The notes: generated from the sequence alone by a model not told the origin. A DNA stretch of 46,601 nucleotides from Alphaproteobacteria bacterium (GCA_046882025.1 JBKSNB010000086.1:1-46601); one strand, 5' to 3'. Numbered from the stretch's first letter, positions 35,060 to 43,508 are shown. Program-made: numbers and translations.

Positions 35060-35060
35060 T

Positions 35061-35681
35061 TTAACGATATTGATTATTCCGCAATTTTGACGGGAACAAC
35101 ATAAATACAAACATAACCGTCGACCATAACCATGATATTGCTGACAACAGTATGCATACTGGCAAAAATGCCTCTGCTACCATTATTGCCAAACTAATCC
35201 ACAACAAATGTGCCGACATACCCGCATCATGCAAACGACGCGCCATCAATGCCCACATTGGTATAATTATCACCATGCACCACAGTGCATATATCGCCCA
35301 ACACCACCACAGTGCAATTGGCGATGCCGCGACCACGATTTCTGCTGGTAACGTTTCAACCATTGGAATACGTGCAAACACAATTATTGTGGCGACGGTC
35401 AATATCACCGCCGGACCAAACGCCATCAAAAACATCCACCAATATTCAGCGCGCGTCGCGACACCTGTAAAATTAAAATATCCACGAAAGAAATTCGCAA
35501 TTGCGCGCCCAAGCGACACCATTTTGGGCTTTTCAGGTGCCCTTGCCGTTACAACGGGTTTAACAACCTTTTTGGCAACAACCTTGCGTGCAGGGGCTTT
35601 CTTGACCGCTGGTTTTACAGTTTTTTTAACAGGTACCTTTTTGGCAACTGGCTTTTTTATCGTTTTCTTTTTTGCTGGCAT
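35061..35681 (-). CDS. DUF805-family inner-membrane protein with Lys/Pro/Val-rich (histone-H1-like) N-terminal tract
   Basis: KKPVAKKVPVKKTVKPAVKKAPARKVVAKK tract, then a DUF805-like core (FNFTGVATRAEYWW...RRLHDAGMS) with several TM helices. AGGAGA SD. Confidence 0.6.
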   Translation of the reverse strand: MPAKKKTIKKPVAKKVPVKKTVKPAVKKAPARKVVAKKVVKPVVTARAPEKPKMVSLGRAIANFFRGYFNFTGVATRAEYWWMFLMAFGPAVILTVATIIVFARIPMVETLPAEIVVAASPIALWWCWAIYALWCMVIIIPMWALMARRLHDAGMSAHLLWISLAIMVAEAFLPVCILLSAISWLWSTVMFVFMLFPSKLRNNQYR

Positions 35682-35754
35682 AACTCTTTTCTCCTATATG
35701 TGCATATATTACATTTTTTTGCACACTTTAACAAGCATTTTATTTAATTCCCTA

Positions 35755-35784
35755 TTGACATATTTTTGTGAAATTTACTATCAT
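35755..35784 (+). promoter_or_regulatory. promoter candidate (TTGACA-N18-TATCAT) for the MotA/ExbB-like gene
   Basis: -35 at 35755-35760 and -10 at 35779-35784, 24 nt upstream of the ATG at 35809. Confidence 0.35.
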
Positions 35785-35808
35785 CAAATCATAACATTTG
35801 GGGGATGT

Positions 35809-36567
35809 ATGACAAATCATTTTCATATGACACTTAATCGCATGGCGTTTTTTACCGCATTTCTGGCGGTTGTGTTGATATTATTCTGGCCCCAATTTAT
35901 ATCCATCGCGGTTTCGAACATCGTATTAAATGGTATTATTATCGGCACTGGATTATTCGGCATAGGATTATGTTTCTATGAAATGTTCAAATTACTGCCG
36001 GAATATCGTTGGTTGTCGGCATACGTGAATGGCGATAAAAATACCCCCCTGCCCCCGATATTACTGCGACCGGTGGCGTTAATGTTGCACGCACAACCAA
36101 AAAAAATATCCACCAACACATTACAGGGATTCCTGGACATGATAATGGTGCGATTTGAAGATTCACGCGAATCGGTTCGCTATATCACAAACACATTAAT
36201 CTTTCTGGGGTTGTTGGGGACATTCTGGGGATTGATTGTGACGGTTGGCGGATTTTCTGAATTGCTGACGTCACTCGATTTTACGAACGAATCGGTATTA
36301 AGCACGATGCAATCTGGCCTATCGCGCCCATTGTCCGGTATGGCAACCGCGTTTACCAGTTCACTGTTGGGTCTGGCATCCAGTTTGTCGGTTGGTTTCC
36401 TGGGGTTGCAGGTTCAATTGGCGCAAAACGCAATATTCCGCGAATTGGAAGATTACCTGTCTGCACACACATCTGTGTCAGACGAAACATCAATTAATCA
36501 AATTCTGCCACAGATAAATTTAATAACCCGCGAACTATCGCGTACTGTGGTAAAACCAACAAAATAA
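35809..36567 (+). CDS. MotA/TolQ/ExbB-family proton-channel protein (252 aa)
   Basis: Start ATG 35809 (GGGGGA SD). TM helices and the channel signature LIFLGLLGTFWGLIVTVGGF...PLSGMATAFTSSLLGLASSL. The ORF-track N-terminal extension overlaps the opposite-strand gene and is rejected. Confidence 0.65.
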   Translation: MTNHFHMTLNRMAFFTAFLAVVLILFWPQFISIAVSNIVLNGIIIGTGLFGIGLCFYEMFKLLPEYRWLSAYVNGDKNTPLPPILLRPVALMLHAQPKKISTNTLQGFLDMIMVRFEDSRESVRYITNTLIFLGLLGTFWGLIVTVGGFSELLTSLDFTNESVLSTMQSGLSRPLSGMATAFTSSLLGLASSLSVGFLGLQVQLAQNAIFRELEDYLSAHTSVSDETSINQILPQINLITRELSRTVVKPTK

Positions 36568-36591
36568 AGAAAAATCTTAAGGGGGGAACAA

Positions 36592-37683
36592 ATGTTAAAT
36601 ATTCGTTTTCGCAATCAGACAAATGCATGGCCTGGATTCGTTGATTTATTTTCCAATCTGGTCATAATACTGATTTTCTTGTTAATCGTGTTCGTATTCT
36701 TGTGGACAACGACAAATGTATTTAACAAGGGCGGTGCTGCAAAGCAAATGGCGGACCTGCGCCAGGTAAACGCCGAACAGGCGGCATCGATTCAGCAAAT
36801 GTCTGCGGACAACCAGGCGGCAACATCGCTGTTGGTGCGTGCACGTGACGAATTAATAAACCTGGAATCACACAATGAAAAATTACACTCAGAAATTTCT
36901 GACATGAATTTGAGTATAAATGATTTGGTCACCGCGTATGAGGCTAAGATTGCCGACCTGCAATCCCAGGCAGATGAATTGGCGGCGGAATTGGCTGAAC
37001 GCCAGGCTGCACAAAGTGATGTTGTTGTGCAAAGTGTTGAAATGAACGAACAAATGGAAAAAACAACGGCCGAATTGAACGCGACCAAGGCAGAATTGGA
37101 AAAATTACGTGATGCATTGGCGATTGCCGAAGAACAATCTGCGGCCAAGGATGCAGAATATGCCGCGATGTCAAACCGCCTGAACAAAGCATTGGCAGAC
37201 AAGGTTGCAGAACTGAATGAAATGGCCCAATATCAATCTGATTTTTATAAACAAATCAAAATTGCATTGGGCGATCGCACAACACTGCGCCCCGATGGCG
37301 ACCGCTTTATCGTATCCAGCGATATATTATTCAAATCTGGTTCATATAAATTATCAGACGATGGAAAAAAGCAATTACGCTTAATCGCGAATGTCATCAA
37401 AGATTTTGAAGAAAAAATACCAACCGATATTGATTGGGTAATTCGTGTTGACGGTCACACCGACAAACGTGGTGTTATCCCCGGAACACATGCATATCAG
37501 GACAACATACAATTGTCATTCCTGCGTGCAACGGCGGTTGCAAATGAATTGGAACGAAACGGTGTATCACGTCGCCGGTTATTGCCATCAGGTTTCGGTG
37601 ACACACACCCATTTGCGCTGGGCGACACACCCGCAGATTTGGAACAAAATCGCCGTATAGAATTACAACTAACAAACAAATAA
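36592..37683 (+). CDS. MotB/OmpA-family peptidoglycan-binding protein with long coiled-coil linker (363 aa)
   Basis: MotB-type TM with an Asp (AWPGFVDLFSNLVIILIFLL). Long Ala/Glu/Gln-rich coiled coil (aa ~50-215). OmpA-like domain (ILFKSGSYKLSDDG...VDGHTDKRGV...LSFLRATAVANEL...NRRIELQL). Confidence 0.7.
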   Translation: MLNIRFRNQTNAWPGFVDLFSNLVIILIFLLIVFVFLWTTTNVFNKGGAAKQMADLRQVNAEQAASIQQMSADNQAATSLLVRARDELINLESHNEKLHSEISDMNLSINDLVTAYEAKIADLQSQADELAAELAERQAAQSDVVVQSVEMNEQMEKTTAELNATKAELEKLRDALAIAEEQSAAKDAEYAAMSNRLNKALADKVAELNEMAQYQSDFYKQIKIALGDRTTLRPDGDRFIVSSDILFKSGSYKLSDDGKKQLRLIANVIKDFEEKIPTDIDWVIRVDGHTDKRGVIPGTHAYQDNIQLSFLRATAVANELERNGVSRRRLLPSGFGDTHPFALGDTPADLEQNRRIELQLTNK

Positions 37684-37707
37684 AAACCGCCCGTTTGGGC
37701 GGTTTTT
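37682..37707 (+). terminator. rho-independent terminator after the MotB-like gene
   Basis: AAAAACCGCCC-GTTT-GGGCGGTTTTT. The same hairpin core recurs at 37881-37912 and, with one loop change, at 15621-15657. Confidence 0.65.
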
Positions 37708-37750
37708 ATTTGTTATACATGCCTTACACCATGTGTCGCGTTGCAATCTT

Positions 37751-37846
37751 TGTCATTGCGAGCGTAAGCGAAGCAATCCAGTCATAATAATGATAATACC
37801 ATATTCACTGGATTGCCACGGTCGCTACCACTCCCTCGCAATGACA
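37751..37846. repeat. imperfect palindromic intergenic element (MITE/REP-like)
   Basis: Left arm TGTCATTGCGAG...GCAATCCAGT (37751-37782). Right arm ACTGGATTGC...CTCGCAATGACA (37807-37846). Perfect 12-bp outer and 10-bp inner complementary blocks. Confidence 0.7.
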
Positions 37847-37880
37847 ATGGAACGCATTGTCGTTCCTGTGCGATGACATA

Positions 37881-37912
37881 AAAACAAACCGCCCGTTTGG
37901 GCGGTTTGTTTT
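37881..37912 (-). terminator. rho-independent terminator after the BOF-family gene (second copy of the CCGCCCGTTTGGGCGG hairpin)
   Basis: AAAACAAACCGCCC-GTTT-GGGCGGTTTGTTTT. Confidence 0.6.
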
Positions 37913-37925
37913 TATAAACAGTTTT

Positions 37926-38288
37926 TTACATCTTTTTAACCGTATCAACATCTATTTGAATATCGTTACCGTTCTTGTCCAATTCGCCCATAATCATAAC
38001 CATATCATTCGGACCAACCATAACTTCGCCCCACGCATCGTCATCTATATCGACCATTATTTTCGTGCCGTTTGCATCCTGGAAAACATAAATGTCATTG
38101 CCCATATTTTGAACCAAATAACCCTGTGCAACAACACGCGAATCATCGTTCAACATTTTTATGTCTTCAACCATCATTACCGACGGTTTAGTATTTTTAT
38201 ACATATTGTTATTATGCATCATCTGACCCGCAACCGCGACCCCAGACATAAATGCAGCCACAACTGCAACCATTGATATTTTTTTCAT
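37926..38288 (-). CDS. YgiW/YdeI-type bacterial OB-fold (BOF) periplasmic protein
   Basis: Start ATG 38288 (AAGGAG SD). Signal peptide. BOF-like core VVAQGYLVQNMGNDIYVFQDANGTKIMVDIDDDAWGE...VMIMGELDKNGNDIQIDV. Confidence 0.6.
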   Translation of the reverse strand: MKKISMVAVVAAFMSGVAVAGQMMHNNNMYKNTKPSVMMVEDIKMLNDDSRVVAQGYLVQNMGNDIYVFQDANGTKIMVDIDDDAWGEVMVGPNDMVMIMGELDKNGNDIQIDVDTVKKM

Positions 38289-38370
38289 GTGTTTTTCTCC
38301 TTTGGTGTTTGTTTTACACATAAATAATTTTACACGTGGGCTTTATAAAAACCATAGGAACAAAAACAAA

Positions 38371-38396
38371 GAAATCCCCGCATGCGCGGGGAAAAA
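38371..38396 (-). terminator. rho-independent terminator after the two-gene Cys-rich operon
   Basis: CCCCGC-ATGC-GCGGGG hairpin immediately after the stop at 38397, followed by a T-rich run on the minus strand. Confidence 0.5.
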
Positions 38397-40865
38397 TTAC
38401 ATTTGAATATCTTCACAATTCGGTCCATCAGATTCTGTTTCACACGATGTATTCCGACTGTTATGGAACCAAGACGAACTGCCACTAGTTGAGCAAGACT
38501 GTGTCGAAGTCGTTGTACAAACATGACATATTCTGGTATCACGATTAAACACAGATGTAACCTCTTTGGTAACACCGCCCAAACTGCCAGAATTACCACC
38601 TAAATATCCTGAATTACTGTATGAACTGTTTGCCAACTGTGACACACCTGCGCCGCCATTCAATAACTCTATATTTTGCAAACCATTGGCAACATCATAA
38701 CTTATCGCATAAGGTGGGGTCAACGGTGTTGATGGCGCAATACTGGCCACGTTTGAAATATTTCCACTTTCCGCAATTTTTTGACACATATACTGGGCAA
38801 TATCAGCAGATGCATTTTTCGTTGCATTGGCAATTTCTTCGGTCACCCTGGCATTATAATTATCTTGGGCCTGACGCAATGCCGAAACTGCTATCTGCAT
38901 CTTTACCGAATTCAACAGATTCGGGAAACGCGCCATTGTTGCAGCGCCTGCCTTACCCGTTATCTGTGACAAATCACGTCCATTAACACAATATTGGATC
39001 TCTGGGTCCTGTTCAATTAAATCTATGGTTCGATTAATTGTTCCGGCAATATTATTCAATTCTGCGGCTATCGTATTTATGACATCTTCATCTGATGCTT
39101 TATTATTCTGGGCGCGAACATTTTCAATATAATCTGCGACCCCAATTTGTCCCGGCGCCAAAACCCCATCACCATCAACCGTTTTTCCAGACGCGTCACC
39201 AATCTTGATACTGCCGAAAGAAATCATCCCAGTCACACGATACAAATCATCAATCTTTTGTGATCTGATTGATCCTGTACCCATGGTATCATCCGCGGCA
39301 AAACGGTTACAATCGGTGGTACTGCCACATATTTCTGTCATTTTCCTATCAACTATGTTTTGGCAATTATCCAACATAGAATTATCAATATTCAAATATA
39401 ATCCCATCAACATAGAATCCAAATCATCCATTGAAAAGTTTGGATTAGCTTGTTTACATACAACCAGTTTATCAATTGGACAAATATCATGAATATAGTT
39501 GTAATCCATACCTATACATTTTGAAAAGTCAGCCCCACAACGCATATCATCCATAAAGCAATCTTTTACCTCTGTCGTACAGGCATCAACACGCATTGCC
39601 GCCAATTTATCCGTCACGTATGACCATATCTGGGGTTCCATACGTTCACACGGATCTATTTCCACCTTGCAGAATGAACGTGCCATATCGGGGCGTGCCA
39701 AACACGCATCCATTGTTGCAACGCCCTTGCCTGCGATATCATCCTTGCACGCGGTTTGGATACATTTTGATATATCAGATAAACACGATTGACGTTTTTT
39801 TGATTCCGCCTGGGTTTCCGCCAAACGAATCGTTGGGGCCGCTTCACGCAAAAAATCGTTCCAAATCGTATCGCGCACAGCAACACATGAATCTAAAACA
39901 TTTTCACAGATATAACGTTTCGATTCCAATATTTCCATCGTTGATGCTGTAATATCGTACACAGTTGTTGTTTTTACAGTTGTATTTTTTGTTGATTTTG
40001 TTTTCTGTTGCGCATTTTCAGCCGCAATTGTGAACACACAGTTTTCCCAATTTGAACCACACGCATCCGCCGTTTGCATACACTTTTTATATTCAACCAT
40101 ACACTGACCACGATCATATTTATTTGCCGATGCCAAACTGTCACGCAATGCAGAACGCACCGCCGCCTGGGCCGATGACAACGCCTGACGCGCCTCTGCT
40201 TCCTTGGTGGAAATACTGTTTTCCAACGCTTTGCAATCAGACAAAATCTGACGTGAATATATAGATTTTAAGAACGAAATATCCTTAGTGCACGAATCAT
40301 CCATTTGTTCCACGCACAAATTATGTGCCGCTGAAAACAATGCATTACCCGACTTATTTGTTATGTCATCAAATTCATCTTCAAACACATCATCATCGTA
40401 TGACGTATTAAACATCGCCAATAACGATTCGCGTTTTTGTTTTTTGCTATCTTTGCCGTCTGATTGTTTAGAAACATTTCCATTTTCATCATATTGACGT
40501 GTTCCACTAAAAATAATATCTGCATTTGCACCCGCCTGAACACGTTCCACTTCTTCGGTTGCGATACGTTCGGCTTCGTTCAGATTATCTCGAATAGTAT
40601 TCAGACGTGCCTCATACTTTGAATTTTCATCACTGCATGCGCAACTGCCCCCGCTGACATTATCAATAATACAAAACTGATCCATACAACCATAATACGC
40701 ATCATAACATGCCTGGTCATAAATTCCCGTTGGGGTCACACGCGTCCGAACCGTTGTTCCCATCTGAATCGCAGATTGCTTTTTTGCGGTCGCTGTTGCA
40801 GCATTTACATTTCCACCCAGCAAAACAGCAGATATTGCAAATATCGAACAAACAGTTTTTTTCAT
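38397..40865 (-). CDS. giant secreted cysteine-rich protein, CMDxFC-motif family (member 2, 822 aa)
   Basis: Signal peptide MKKTVCSIFAISAVLLGGNVNA. Short basic Thr/Arg tract. Motif ACYDAYYGCMDQFCIIDNVSGGSCACS. Colinear with 40888-43047. C-terminal tail ...ICHVC...NCEDIQM. Confidence 0.8.
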   Translation of the reverse strand: MKKTVCSIFAISAVLLGGNVNAATATAKKQSAIQMGTTVRTRVTPTGIYDQACYDAYYGCMDQFCIIDNVSGGSCACSDENSKYEARLNTIRDNLNEAERIATEEVERVQAGANADIIFSGTRQYDENGNVSKQSDGKDSKKQKRESLLAMFNTSYDDDVFEDEFDDITNKSGNALFSAAHNLCVEQMDDSCTKDISFLKSIYSRQILSDCKALENSISTKEAEARQALSSAQAAVRSALRDSLASANKYDRGQCMVEYKKCMQTADACGSNWENCVFTIAAENAQQKTKSTKNTTVKTTTVYDITASTMEILESKRYICENVLDSCVAVRDTIWNDFLREAAPTIRLAETQAESKKRQSCLSDISKCIQTACKDDIAGKGVATMDACLARPDMARSFCKVEIDPCERMEPQIWSYVTDKLAAMRVDACTTEVKDCFMDDMRCGADFSKCIGMDYNYIHDICPIDKLVVCKQANPNFSMDDLDSMLMGLYLNIDNSMLDNCQNIVDRKMTEICGSTTDCNRFAADDTMGTGSIRSQKIDDLYRVTGMISFGSIKIGDASGKTVDGDGVLAPGQIGVADYIENVRAQNNKASDEDVINTIAAELNNIAGTINRTIDLIEQDPEIQYCVNGRDLSQITGKAGAATMARFPNLLNSVKMQIAVSALRQAQDNYNARVTEEIANATKNASADIAQYMCQKIAESGNISNVASIAPSTPLTPPYAISYDVANGLQNIELLNGGAGVSQLANSSYSNSGYLGGNSGSLGGVTKEVTSVFNRDTRICHVCTTTSTQSCSTSGSSSWFHNSRNTSCETESDGPNCEDIQM

Positions 40866-40887
40866 TTTCTCTCTCTCCTCTGGACCC

Positions 40888-43047
40888 TTACATATTTATA
40901 TCTTCGCAAGATTCTATTTCTTGACAGAATTCTTGTTCCCCACCAGATGCCATACCAACCAATCCGGCACCAACCGCACCAACGACTGCGCCAATTGCTG
41001 TTCCCCAACCCGGGGTTACCATTGTTCCAGCAGACGCACCTGCAGACAATCCACCAGCCGCTGCCTTTAATGCGGACGTTCCTTTTGATTCACCACCAAC
41101 TTCGCAAACCTGTTGCATACGGCATACATGGCAATTACGTAATGACGGTTCAAATGAAACGCTGCGAATATAACTGTAATTCTTGGAATCCTTATTTGGT
41201 TTTTCAACAGCATATGTTGTCAAACAGTTTTTTTCTGCAGCCGCCAAATCTTGATTACGGGACAATTCTGCAATCTTTGATTCCAATGCACGCAAAGCAC
41301 GATTTTCAGCACTAATCTGGGCAATCATCTTTGCACCATTAAACACACTCGCCCCCAGTGATTTTTTCCGACTGCCAACCGGTTGCTGGCTATCCAAACA
41401 TGCGCTGACTGTCACGTCTTGTTCGAACTGCTTAAAGAATTCATCAACCGCCGCACCCGCATTTGCGCGCACCATATCACGCAAAGCCAACGCGTCTTCT
41501 TCTGTTGATGGGACCGTATTCAACGCCGTCACCGTATCGTCATTTGGCAGACACGACATATCCGTTCCACACACAGAATTCAAACGTTCACCAAAATAAT
41601 TCACACAACCCTGCATCATTTGATAATCCATCTGTAACAATGCCGCACTAACAATTACGTCAAACTGTGTTTCCCCCTTACAAGATGGGAACATGCTCTG
41701 CGGACACATTGCAACAATCTGCGACGTAGATTTGCCTACGCATTCAGGCGCAGTAAAATTCGTTCCGCATCTCTGTTGCAAACATGCATCAACATCATTC
41801 TGACAGAACTGAGTCCGCAAATAACCCAATTTACCATTAATAACCGATTGAATTCCTGGTATTTTCTGTTCACATTCTGTAATTATCGGGCAAATCCCAG
41901 CCGCCACATTAACATCCGTCAAACATGCAGAATTTGTCGATGTCGAACAACTTTCTTCCAAACAATTCTGAATTTTTGCCAAACATGTCGCGCGCTGATT
42001 CCTGTCTGCATATTTCGCTGCATCAACCAATATCATTTGCGCTTCGTCCTGCCAATCAGACAAAACATAATTTTTGACCGCCATACATTGATCCAAAACA
42101 TTTTCACATGCATATGCACGACGTTCCAACAAATTTTCATCCAAACAGTTTTCAAAATTCGTTCCACAACCGCCCTTGTCTGCGATACAAGATCTATACG
42201 CCAATAAACATTCACCACGATTATACTTATTCGTCGTATCCAGCATTTCCAAACGTGCCTGACGAACTGCCGCCTCTGCCGTGCGTTTATTTGCCTGGGC
42301 ATTTGCCTTTTGATCCGCCAAATACGCATCATAAGATTTACAATCTGCAATTATCTGACGCGAATACAACAATTCTTCCATTTCTGCACGACCACCACAC
42401 GCATCCAGTTCAGCCGCGCAATATTCAGACGCCATTGCATATAAATTCCCACCAATATCATCATCAGTTGTCAAAGAATCTTCAACCACACTTGAATTTA
42501 GCCAACTGGCAAAATCCACCCCAGACAAAGAACGACTTTTTTTGGCAGCCGCGCTTTCGCCAAACACCAACGACGCCTTTGCACCCAAATTTTCACGTTC
42601 AACACCTTCGGTAAATAACTTATCTGCATCTGATTGTAACGTTTGTATTTCCTGAATTAATGATTTCGCCTGATTTATATTATCACTGCATGCGCAACGA
42701 TACCCCTCAGATTCATCCAGCAAACAAAAATCATCCATGCACGCCCGATATGCATCACGACAATTTTCTGGCTTTGACGGTTCTGGCTGTTCTGGCTGTT
42801 TTGGCTGTTCTGGCTGTTTTGGTTCATCCCCACCCGGTCCAGGAACAACAGGCACAACCGCTTCACTTTCCGCAGTTGGAATATTTTTAACCGTATTCGC
42901 CGTTGATTTTGTTGTCAGCGTCGGCATACGTGACGACATGGTATTCGGACGAACAACACCAACACGCGCCGATCCAGTCCGCACATCCGCCCCAAACACC
43001 ACCCCAGGCACAAACAACAACATTGTCGCAAAATTTAGTAATTTCAT
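40888..43047 (-). CDS. giant secreted cysteine-rich protein, CMDxFC-motif family (member 3, 719 aa)
   Basis: Start ATG 43047 (GTG 43056 rejected). Signal MKLLNFATMLLFVPGVVFG. (K/E)QP repeats. Motif NCRDAYRACMDDFCLLDESEGYRCACS. Gly/Ala zipper near the C-terminus. Tail ...NCHVC...SCEDINM. Confidence 0.8.
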   Translation of the reverse strand: MKLLNFATMLLFVPGVVFGADVRTGSARVGVVRPNTMSSRMPTLTTKSTANTVKNIPTAESEAVVPVVPGPGGDEPKQPEQPKQPEQPEPSKPENCRDAYRACMDDFCLLDESEGYRCACSDNINQAKSLIQEIQTLQSDADKLFTEGVERENLGAKASLVFGESAAAKKSRSLSGVDFASWLNSSVVEDSLTTDDDIGGNLYAMASEYCAAELDACGGRAEMEELLYSRQIIADCKSYDAYLADQKANAQANKRTAEAAVRQARLEMLDTTNKYNRGECLLAYRSCIADKGGCGTNFENCLDENLLERRAYACENVLDQCMAVKNYVLSDWQDEAQMILVDAAKYADRNQRATCLAKIQNCLEESCSTSTNSACLTDVNVAAGICPIITECEQKIPGIQSVINGKLGYLRTQFCQNDVDACLQQRCGTNFTAPECVGKSTSQIVAMCPQSMFPSCKGETQFDVIVSAALLQMDYQMMQGCVNYFGERLNSVCGTDMSCLPNDDTVTALNTVPSTEEDALALRDMVRANAGAAVDEFFKQFEQDVTVSACLDSQQPVGSRKKSLGASVFNGAKMIAQISAENRALRALESKIAELSRNQDLAAAEKNCLTTYAVEKPNKDSKNYSYIRSVSFEPSLRNCHVCRMQQVCEVGGESKGTSALKAAAGGLSAGASAGTMVTPGWGTAIGAVVGAVGAGLVGMASGGEQEFCQEIESCEDINM
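42781..42825 (-). repeat. 9-bp in-frame tandem repeat (5 units) encoding (K/E)QP repeats
   Basis: TTCTGGCTG TTCTGGCTG TTTTGGCTG TTCTGGCTG TTTTGGTTC on the + strand. Encodes EPKQPEQPKQPEQPE in the minus-strand gene. Confidence 0.85.
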
Positions 43048-43183
43048 ATCTCTCACCGTATAGTATATCTCTTATAGAGAGATTGTATCAAATTTTACCC
43101 GACATCGCAAGCACATAAAAAATATTCTTGCTTTTTTTACCCGACAGCAATATTATAAAACCAACAAAATCAAAGGTTATTTT

Positions 43184-43432
43184 ATGGCAAAAGACGACGT
43201 TATTGTTTTCAGTGGTGTTGTTGAGGATAAATTACCCAACACTATGTTTCGTGTCAAATTGGAAAACGGGCATGAAATATTGGCAACTGTCTGCGGCAAA
43301 ATGCGCAAAATGCGTATCTGGGTAAACGTTGGCGAAAAGGTTCGCGTTGAAATGACACCATACGATTTGGACAAGGGTCGCATAACATTTGTTGAACGCG
43401 CACACACACCGACGCAAAACACAGAAAATTAA
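43184..43432 (+). CDS. infA: translation initiation factor IF-1
   Basis: [69 protein letters not shown]... S1-like fold with a short C-terminal extension. Confidence 0.95.
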   Translation: MAKDDVIVFSGVVEDKLPNTMFRVKLENGHEILATVCGKMRKMRIWVNVGEKVRVEMTPYDLDKGRITFVERAHTPTQNTEN

Positions 43433-43456
43433 ATCCTGGCAACCCAGGATTTTTTA
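43433..43456 (+). terminator. rho-independent terminator after infA
   Basis: ATCCTGG-CAAC-CCAGGAT hairpin followed by TTTTT. Confidence 0.6.
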
Positions 43457-43478
43457 TTTCATTTATCACAAATATCGC

Positions 43479-43508
43479 TTGATATAAAAAAATCTTTTTT
43501 GCTATCAT
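43479..43508 (+). promoter_or_regulatory. promoter candidate (TTGATA-N18-TATCAT) for the 759-aa Cys-rich gene
   Basis: The -10 lies 13 nt upstream of the ATG at 43522. Start context ATAGGGATGAAAAGGA parallels the one at 22821-22835. Confidence 0.3.

Noticed and set aside
35152-35808. The N-terminal 219 codons of the 471-aa ORF in the track (35152-36567, +).
   Set aside because: This part lies antisense to the well-supported DUF805-like gene (35061-35681) and looks like low-complexity noise. An in-frame ATG at 35809 has a GGGGGA SD and a TTGACA-N18-TATCAT promoter, and it starts exactly at the MotA/ExbB-like TM region.
35809-37683. Interpretation of the MotA/MotB-like pair as a Zorya-type anti-phage defence system.
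   Set aside because: The A subunit is far shorter than my recollection of ZorA (several hundred residues longer, with a long cytoplasmic tail). No ZorC/ZorD-like (helicase or nuclease) genes are adjacent. The neighbourhood is housekeeping. It is kept only as an orphan stator-like pair.
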